Assembly: GCA_965202585.1 (NCBI GenBank)
Contig: OZ241831.1
Coordinates: forward strand, 57,412,001 to 57,476,000
Direction: 5' to 3'
Length of the DNA stretch: 64,000 bases
Origin: Thalia democratica
Lineage: Eukaryota
Every line of letters starts with the position of its first letter. Position 1 is the first letter of the stretch. Positions 42,974 to 53,300 of the stretch are shown here, piece by piece. The notes beneath the pieces were generated by a model, which was given only the letters and a program-made list of their open reading frames with translations, made no database searches and was not told the origin of the DNA. Made by a program: the position numbers and the translations under genes.

Positions 42974-43270
42974 TTAATATTTAAAATGCAACAATTCATG
43001 AAGTCTCTTACTTCTAAGTAAAGCTGACTTACTTTTAGGCAAAATATATGTTTGATTTAATTTATGTGACTTTAACTCTGGCAACTGTGCTTCTCTTAAA
43101 TATATACGCATTTTAAGGGTAAGTTTTAATCCGGATTCTATTATTATTTTAAAGCCGTTTTGTTTGAACAGTTTAATTAAATTCATGTATGAAACAGTTG
43201 ATCAAATTACAGTTTTTATATTATTAGATAAATATTTAGTCCAATTTAATTTGTCGAGCACTATGGACCA
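42974..43270 (-). pseudogene. Possible Penelope-like reverse transcriptase remnant
   Basis: NLIKLFKQNGFKIIIESGLK and LPKS...KRLHEL resemble the segment after the catalytic DD and the thumb of Penelope-like RTs. Heavily decayed; recognised from memory only. Confidence 0.4.
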
Positions 43271-44345
43271 GAACTTTTTATAAAACTTTTAATATATAGA
43301 TTTATAGTTACCAATAATAAGCGATTTAAGTGTTATAGAAAATTAGTAATTAAGTTTAAGGTGTAGTTAATAAATACTTTAAGAACATTTTTTTCAATTT
43401 TATAGCATGTAAAACAAAATTATACAAAACTACTTTAAGCGTACACAGCAAAAGACGCATAAATAATTTAAATACAAAAACTTATATAAACAATTAAAGT
43501 TAAAACACAACTTTTAAAATTCATTACAAAATATTAAAATATTATTTTTGATCGCAATAAGAACAACAGCAACAAATTTGACCCAAACTGCTTCCCCACT
43601 AAAGTAATTTTTAAAGCCGTTTGGACATATAGTGGACGTTAGCGGATTGCCTGCAAGTTTTTACAGAGTTTAGTTAGAACCTTGTCCCTGAAAGATAAAA
43701 CTGCGGCTTGCGAGCGTGTAATCCTCGTTAAAGCAAATTTTAAAACTTGCTTTAGATATTCTGGGATTTGAAACGAATTTTAAACAAAATCAGCGAACAA
43801 AACTTACCTCGATAAAAATCCAACCTGGTAGTAAGAAATGTGTTTTATGTTATTAAAAAGTTATGTTACAAATAGGCTTGAAATTATTTAACTACCAAAA
43901 AATACCAACAAGGACAAACACAAACTTATAAAATACAGATTTGTAGATTTTATACTTATATATTAACATACAAGCATTAGAGTTTAACTTTGACGTCGAT
44001 ATACAACTAAACGACGTGAAAGAATTTTTGATATTGTTAGACAACCTTTTTTATATAAATCTAAATTGTCACCATTCTTTCTAACTAAAAAATGTATAAA
44101 AAGTGTTTGCAAATTTGTTAATGTCTGTTTAATATCTGAGCGTGAGAGTGATTTATTTTAGCTTTAAGTGTTAATACACATATGTGTTATTATTTGAAAT
44201 GTTTTCTAAATTTTACTTTGTTTAAATAGACTTAGTTTTTACTAAAACTTTATTTAGTTTGGGTTCTTAAATTTAAAATTACATTACTTTAGATTTAAAA
44301 CTCAATTTTATTAAAATTTTCAGGTAAATTGTTAAAGTAATTAAT

Positions 44346-47300
44346 ATGCCAAAAACCACCAAAGGAAGTAACAAGCGATTCAGTCGAAGTGAAACTACTT
44401 CTGACCAAAAGGTTTGTTCTAAACAAAAATTTTGTAAGCTAGACTGTAGTTATAAAATTTTTATAAATTCTTTAAACAGTTTATTGCAAATAACTGACAA
44501 GCTTGTTTACATGTGTAACTAAGATCAATATGTATTTAACTTTCACATGGTGAGTTAGATTAGAAATTGAAACTGAAACTCACTTATCTTTTTTTTTAAA
44601 TTGAGTGCTGAAATTTAGTTTTATAGTTTTTAAATATCTCGATATCAAAAATAAAGAAACTCAGATTTTATTAGTATAACCAGTATTAAGGACTATATTA
44701 GAAGTTTAAGTATATACATATTAAAACATACAGTAAAAATGAGCAGGTTTATGGTTTTTGTGTTGTATGACTTTTTTATATAAAAAAATATAACTTTGGG
44801 GTTAAACTGTCATTATTTTACTTAAAAGATTTAGTGTTGAACATAAACTACATAATATTACTTGTAAATATAATAAATTGTGTCCTAAGTATATTATGAT
44901 AAGTTTTGGTGTTGCCTGACCATAAAAATATTTACAATTATAAAATTCCTAAACTTGCGTTACAATACTGTTTGAATATGTTTATAACATCTTTTTTTGT
45001 TTTATTTTGTTAAAATTGTCATCATATTTGCTAGAAACTTTTTTTTTCAATGTCAAAAATAAATTTTAGACAACTTGTTTTATACTGTTTAATGTTTGTG
45101 CAACTGAATTAACTCAGAAACTATCAAATTATACGTTGTACTTTGTTGCTAAAGCTATAAAAAAAAAGTTTAAATAATCTCATTTAATTTTAGGATGTTA
45201 ATATTATGAATTGAGCAAATATTTCTGTAAGTATATTTTTTTATTTTATCACTTCAGTCTACGTTTTTTCAAGCACTCATTTGAGTATTTTATAAAAAAA
45301 TTGAAATTTTTTTTAAGCCAAGTACTACTGTACCTTCTGATCCAAAACAACCTAAAATTCTCAGCCTGTAAATCCATACTTAAACAGGATAAAATATTTT
45401 CTGCTGGTTTATTGAATTTTCATTGTGTTTTAGTTAACTTAAGATTTCTAATGTATAAGTTAGTGAGTCAATTTAGATGATTAAAAATTTAATTGTTTCA
45501 CCTTTTATTGAAGTTTTTTTAAGTTCTAGGTCGTTGTTTTTTCAATATAAAAAATTAATGCTATTTGTAAAATTAACGCTACATCGCTTAAAAATTTTAT
45601 TTGTATTTATAACAAACTGTTTTTTATAAATTTAGTTTCAAACTTTTTGTATCTTGATTAGTATAACTACAAAACAAGAGCTCTAGTATCTAAAAATTAT
45701 ATTAAAGGTTCCTTCTTATATAAAACTAAAAGTAAAATATTTACTTAAAGAAACAAAAAGTAGTTTAAGTTAGTTTTTAATAAAATAGATGATGGCTGGT
45801 TGCCTTAAATATTTTTTAGTTTCCCAATACAACTTATAAAATATTGCTTAATAAAGTAAATTTTTCATAAGAACTCACATATTCATTGGATAAAGCAACT
45901 GTTTAATTATATAGCTTTAAATTTTTATCTAGAATTAAGCTTTACTAGACTTATTTGCTCCTGTAAAGCACTTACAGGTAAGTTACATGTTCTTATAGCC
46001 ATCAAAATACAAATAAACGTTATTTGTTAGTTTCAAGTATACTTCAACAAATAATATTAAAATGTGCTTGTACATATTATAAAAATTTAACTTTAACTTG
46101 TTTTTTTTTTTTGTAGCAAAAGTAAAGTTAAATTAATTTTAACTAAGTTAACATTTTTTAAAACGACTCTTCTGACTCAAATTAAACGTATATTATTTAT
46201 GTGTTATTACTAAAGCTACTCAAATTTACCAATTTTGAACGTGATGCTTGTTTTGGTTGTTTTTTATAAAACGAAATTGTTATGAACGTATTAAAACGGT
46301 CTAAGTTTTTCAATTACTTGTGTTCCATGTTTTTAGGTTGTGTTGTATATGTTTCACGTTAAAAATAGTTATATATATTTTAGTGTTTCATACATTTTAT
46401 TAAACAATTTAAAAATCATTTTCAGATGCAAGGAGGTAAAAATACTGGGATGCCTATGGTTACCAAGGAAAAGTGCCGGAAATCTGTTACCAAAAAGGTT
46501 TGTTTGAAAGAAAAAAATAGTAACTTTATTTTTTGTATTATTGAAACTTTTTTTGTTTTATTAAAAAAAAATTTATCTATAGAAAAAGTAATTCCTCTTA
46601 ATCTGTTACTTTTTGTGACTATTTATTTTTTCTGATTTAATATTTTTTAAGTTATTTGAGTTAGAATTAACAAACATACTTACAAAAGTGTACAGTAGTA
46701 AGTATACAAGTTTTTATAACTATATGCGATTGAATTTTGCCGAAATGAATATCCTGTTTGTCAATGAAAAATATACTCTGAAATTTTTTACGTTGTCAGA
46801 CACTCATGCTATTCACCTGGGTCAAATTTTAAAATGGAAAAGTTAAAAAAATATAAACTTCATAAAAATTCAATCTTTTTTTATAATTTTTTTACTTTTC
46901 TACTATAGTTAATTAGTACATTATTTTTAAAGGTTGCTCTCGAAATAATTTTTTGCAGTTTTCTAATATTATATATAATTCATCTTCTTTAAATTTATTA
47001 AATTTAAAAATTTAAATTCACTTATACTCGTTATAAATTACTAAAGTTAAAAAGATTTTTTAAACTAAGTTTTATTATTATAGCTTTAAAAGCTGATATA
47101 GTAGAAAAAGCTTACTATTTTTTTTGATTATAATTTAGAATTGAAATGGCCGGCAAACCCATGCTAATGTCCGTATACAGTCTTCAAAGCAGAAACTAGC
47201 CCGGATAGACGTATTTTAGCCTTTTTTTAGTCCGAGTCTTTTTTATTACTTAATGTAAAATGCTTCAGGGGCAGAATATTTTTTCAGACAGACTAGTTTT

Positions 47301-50300
47301 TTTAAGCTTGTGTTACGGTAATCACAAAAAGGGTAAACAAATAAAATGTTTACTAAAACATTTCTAAATCAGAAACTGTACGTATGTCAAAAGATTATCT
47401 TGTTGTTTATTATAGTTTTAATGTTTTTTATAATTAATTTACAAGCCTGTTTCTAGATTTTAAGAATTAGGTAAGAAATAGCTTTAAAAACAAATAAATA
47501 TGTTGAGAAATTTTCTAATTAGACATGAATTGCAAATTCATAATGACGTCAATATCATTGAAACGTAATGAGAGCTTTTTAAAAACAAAAACTCTACCCT
47601 ATTTAACATTAGTTTTCAAATTTAAATGCTAGAGTAATCAAACAAAATAAAGTTGTGCCTTATTTTTGAACTAAAAGGTTTAATTTTGTTTTAATATGCT
47701 TAGCTCTATATTATTATTATTACTAAATTATTCATACTTGTTTTATAAAATTATTTTACGCGCTGCAAACTTTTGCTTATTTTAAAACACAATATCAAAA
47801 CTTGGGCTATAATAAATTTTGCTTTTAAGCAAAATATTTTCGTTTGACAATTATTTTTTATTTTGTACAGTTCTTTAAATTTGTAATTAATTATAAACTG
47901 ACCATTTAATTTCAACTATTTCACTACGACATTACTACAGAGACGTTTCAATATTTCTTTTAACTCGATATCTAAGTAAAAATCAATGTTGCTTTGTGAT
48001 TTTATTTTGTAAGTAACAGGATTGAATTTAAAATACTTTATCGTAGTGTTATTTTTACTGTCAAAGTTTAATACTGTAGTTGCTTAAGTAATGTCTACAA
48101 GTTTAAATAGACAAAATGACATTATCAGGTTTTAGATAACTATAAGATGAAAATTTTAAAGTTTCGAAAATTTTTTTTTTAATTAAGCTTTATCCAAAGA
48201 CAAATAAAAGAAATAAAACAAAAAAGATTATTTTTCTAATAATAAGCTTATCAATAATTGGTTATATTTTTCTTGTAATAAGTGTTATATCACATCAATC
48301 TGTATTTACACAAAGTTTTAAATCTTTTTTCTAAAATAATTTAATGTCATTTAAACTATAATTATACAATTATCAAACAACTTACTTTAAAAGTTTAATG
48401 CTAAACTTGTTTCGGTTTTATGAACTATTTTGAGAATGCTTATATAAATACCTTCATAAATTTTAGATTGCATGGTTATTTTTAAAGAATATATACTTTT
48501 TTGTAGAACTAGTTTTAGACGAATTAGATTATATATTAAAAACAGATTCCAAGCTTGCCTTCTGTGCCGTCTGTAATTGCTTGAATTATTTTTACTTTAT
48601 GAAACTAGTGATTGTGTCAACGATAAACTAAAAATCTCACCACCTCTTAAATCAAAGATAGTTCTTACGTTTTTTTAAGAGCTTCATAGTTTAAAAAATA
48701 AAATTCATGCTTACCTTCTAAGTAAAAGGATGCGTGAAGTAGAACATTAAAGCAGTTAAAAATATTGAAAGAAAAAACTGACAATTTACAACATTTTACT
48801 TTTTTTAGAATTCGATGTTATAAAAAAAGTTCTTTCTGTAAGGAGATTTTGCTTATAATTTTGTTCAAAAGTTTAGCGTATTTTCTGAACAACTCAGCAA
48901 ATTTCTAAATAAAATATCATAAGCATTTTTTACTTATGATAAGTATGTGCAAAAAATTTTTGACTGCGTTTTTAAAAACTTTCAAAGATGAATTGTTTTA
49001 AGTATAATTTTACATATATAAACAATAGAACCATTGTCATAGATACCAGTGGTATTTATTTTTTAAACTGTTTTTCTAAGTGCATTAAAACGTGAGTTTT
49101 TTTAATAAGGAGTGTCAAATTCAAAGTTATCAAAATAAAAAGTTTCTGTTGATGTTACAGTATATAAACATAAACGATTACGTGAGATAAAAAAATTTTA
49201 AATGTATACTTTATTTAAATCATTTTAAAGCTTAAAAATAGGCTGCCACATCTCTTAAAAAGGAATTTTTAACTATGGTTTTAAATAAGAACAAAAATTA
49301 TTATTCATTGAAAAAGTTATTGTACATATGAAAATAATATTAATGTTTTACTTTAATTATTTATAATCGTTTTAAAATCAAGTTACTAATTTTAATAGAT
49401 CTGTTCAATCATTATCATATTACAATAAAAAAAAATATTTTAGTAAAAATTTTGTTTTTAGCATGATTTAAGAACATTTGGTTTTATAAACTTGTACATG
49501 GAGTATTTAAAACATTTATTAAATTTATTTATAACTTTAAACGTAATCCATCAAAGATCATCTCTTTCCGACTGTTAGTTCATTTTTTTAGTATGAAAAT
49601 TAAGGTACGTAGCAAATGAACTTAAAAAGTTATATAGGTGTTTAACAGTGGTTATACAAAATAACAAATTAATAAATACAGACACTTTTCCATAAACAAG
49701 GATCTAGTAATCAAATACTGTTCTCTAAAAAAGTGAAAGCTTTCTCACATTCTGGCTACTAAACGAAAAAGTGAAAAAAAAAGGAAAAGTTTATAATTAA
49801 ATATTTTGTAACAGAATTGCTAAAACAGCTTTAACTTAATAATTTAAACAAGAAATGTGATAAAACCTCAAGCCTGAGATATTTAAGAATTCTTAAATTT
49901 CAAAAAGAAATTACTAGTAAAAAAAAAACTTGAAACATCTGAAATTTTTAACACTTTTTTCATGTCAAGTTGTAATGTCTAAATACAAAAGATCAATTGT
50001 ATGAGGTAATTGTTTCAAGTATTTAGGGTTTTTTTTTGTAAAACACATTTAAGGCAGTAAACCAATAATTCTTTTAATATTTTATACAATTTAAGACATT
50101 TTGAATTTAAAAATGGACAAAATTTTGTACCTGAAAAACCTGGAATAAATTCAGTAACCCTTAAAAACTGAAAACAATGTTTATTGTTTTAACCTTATCA
50201 ACAATGAGCTTCACCGCACGACCAACAAAAAAAACAGTATCCGAGTCAACCTTCGACCCGTTTCGTCCTTTTTAGGACTCATCAGGAAGGCATAGTCGCG

Positions 50301-53300
50301 AGAAACCGCTGTTGTGATTTTAACAAAGCCTTTAAGATGTTATAACTAGTGATGTACCGGACCCACAATTTCGGGTTCGGCCGGAACAGGATCCGGGCTT
50401 TTTTTTCAAGTTAGAATCCGGCCGGAACCGGACCCGGACTTTTTTTTCAAAATAGAATCCGGCCGGAACCGGATCCGGACTTTTTTTTTCAAATTAGAAT
50501 CCGGCCGGATCTGGACATCAGACAAAAATGGCAATATCCGGCCGGACCCGGACCCGGATAGTGAGTCCGGTACATCACTAGTATAAACTAGCCTGAGTCA
50601 GAATGAGGTTTTTAAAAACTGAAAAAAAAGAACTTTAATCTAATAATAAGTAGAACAGCTAGCCACAAGGTTTACAAATTTAGGTTTTATTTACAATTAA
50701 AAATCTGAAATCAAGTTCTTGAACCAAATACACTAGAAAATTACCAAATATTAAAAACTGGATCAGCTGAAACTCATTCAAAATTTAAAAGAAAACTAGC
50801 CTGAGCTTTTATAAAAAACTAAACTAGCCTGAGGCAGTCCAAGATTTTCTAACATTCCCAAAATTTTTCAAACTAGCAGGGTTGCCACTGTTTAAGTCAT
50901 TAAAACTAGCTAGAGTGAGTATAAACAAGCCTGAGTCAGAATGAGGTTTTTAAAAACTGAAAAAATTACTCTAATCTAATAATCAGTAGAACAGCTAGCA
51001 AAGGTTGACAATTTGGTAGTAAAGTTGTGGAATATGGTACACTTAACTTATTAGTACTACCCATCATAATTAAATCCTACCTTATTTAATTAATATCTAA
51101 CAAATACTAAATTCTAACTGAGACTACTTTCTATAATCAGACACGACAGTTTTGAGTGATGAATCTTTTATTTAAAACACAACAAGAAATACTAGCATAT
51201 ACAAAATTATTAATTACTTTGGCAAAACTTTAAAAACTGGAAGCTATCTAAATCTATATCAAAAGACTTAATACAATAAACTAAAAGTTAAATAAAACTT
51301 TTAGTAAACAAGAAACTGTTAACTTTTTAATAAACTATTAAACTATAAACCTGGCTTAAATAATAAAACAATTAAACACCAGTTGAAATATTCACTTATC
51401 ACAAAATTTCACAAATAATTTCAAGATATTTTGTTGCTTCAAGCTGCACACCAAACTAACTAACTGCTTACATATAAACTGCCTGTCATATTCTGATGTT
51501 TTGTTGCATCAGTATTTAGTTTGAAACATTTCGTCATATGATTTTCATTGGCTCGTACATTCAACCGTATTAACTCTAAATATTCTCTGAGCTCAACTTT
51601 AAACAATAAATAATGCAAGTATTAATTCTAAAGTTTTCAATTTTACAACAAATGTAAAGAGTTGCATTTCTGAAATGTTTATTTCATAGTTTTAATGTAA
51701 ACAAATATAAATTAGTCACCTGTACAAAATGAGCCAATCACGGTAGGTTTTTAATTTTAAGTGACGAAAATGACTCTTATTAATTTACACAGGGTTTGTT
51801 TTTGAAAAATACTTTTCAGTATGCTCTTTTCTACTAACTAGATCCGGGTCCGGCCGAATCTCTGTTAGGATCCGGCCGGACCCGGATCCGGACTTTTTTT
51901 TTCAAATTAAAATCCGGCCGGAACCGAATCCGGACTTTTTTTTCAAATTAGAGTCCGGCCGGATCCGGATATCAGACAAAAATGGCAATATCCGGCCGAA
52001 CCCGGATAGTGAGTCCGGTACATCACTAGTTATAACCTAAATCGTTTTTATAGTTAAAAGTTTTGTTTTTCGAAATTGTTTCTTATAAGTAACTCTAAAA
52101 ATTCTCACAGAATTCTGCCGATCAAATGAGCTCGTCAGCAGCTCAAAAGAGTGAATTCGAGCAGAACGAAGGTGTAGCAGTTCCATACCGAAATGCAAGG
52201 AAGTCGGGAAGTGCCAAAAGAAAGGGAACTCCCATCAAATTTGTTCAGCAACTTGCAATTGAACCGCCGACAATTGAAAAAGCGACTGTTGTAAATTCAA
52301 ATAAGAAGGCAATAGATGGCGGCTCGGTGACTCGCGATGAAAAGTTGGCTCAGTCAGATCAGCCGTCTACTCGTGTTAAAAGTTCAAGAAGAAAGAAAGG
52401 CAGTGAAGTAGGATCTGCAGGACCCGCTACAGAGGAGAATGAATCTTCTTTGAAGGTTGGTTTAAATTTTAGTTATATTCTAAAGCTGAACCAAATAATT
52501 AATTTTGAAGTTAATTCTAAGAGTTAAAAGGTATTAAACTGTATGCAATAGAAATTTTATTTAATTATTATTATTTCGAAAGCTGTTAAGAGTTTAAACA
52601 GCGCATATTTATTATTTTTAGAAACAATAAAATGATAAAACTAATTGATGTAAAGTTAAAAAAGCATTTTTAATTAAAATTGAGAGTTTTACTAACCTAA
52701 AAATGTTGTACATTTTTTTAAATAGTACATTAGATACTATAAAACTAATAAATACAGTTTAACTTTTGAACTCTTACTTTGAGCTTGTGTGTAACACTCA
52801 TCAAGTATTTAACAATCACACACTTCACTAATTTTTGTTTTATTCGATAACATGTTAACTTCCCGTTTTACAGCTTTTGTTTGAGAAGTTTAAGTGAAAA
52901 AAGCTTGTTAGTACTTTTTGAGTATAAAATAAATATTATTTAAGAAAATTGTATTTGCTTGCTTTTGTTGTTTCAGCTGCAATTTAACTTTTCAATGATT
53001 TAATGACGTTTTTATTAAAAATACCTGTTAGAAGTTCACACCGTTCGACCAAGATGTCCTCCCTCAAGGTTGGAAGTGTCACAGAGGAATGTTCTGGATC
53101 ACAATCAAGAAAACAAATGAAACGAAACTGGTGGAAAGATTTATCTACTTTCCACCACCAAATGATCGAAGAATACCCACCGGGAAAATAAAAAACAAGT
53201 ATTTCAGGTAGATTGTCTTTGTGATTATTTTTTCACTTGTCATATTTGCTTGCCTAAACGTTATTACTTCTCTATCTTAGGGAACTAAACTAAACTTAGT

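Noticed and set aside
26424-43833. 11-bp inverted match actaccaggtt / aacctggtagt suggesting a 17-kb giant transposon
   Set aside because: No TSD and no extended TIR; the motif also occurs in the small hairpin element, so fragments or chance explain it.
43560-43850. Relatively GC-rich stretch with a minus-strand GAG|GTAAGT donor upstream of G3 (divergent gene or promoter?)
   Set aside because: No open reading frame or downstream exon could be linked; unresolved without RNA data.
48540-49620. Stretches that read like decayed coding sequence in G3 intron 2
   Set aside because: Frequent stops and no recognisable motif; cannot be supported without blastx.
53056-53120. WW-domain reading of LPQGW
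   Set aside because: Lacks the WW spacing (YY/YF then a second W and P); the downstream YFP...GK..FRS fits MBD better, though neither is confirmed.
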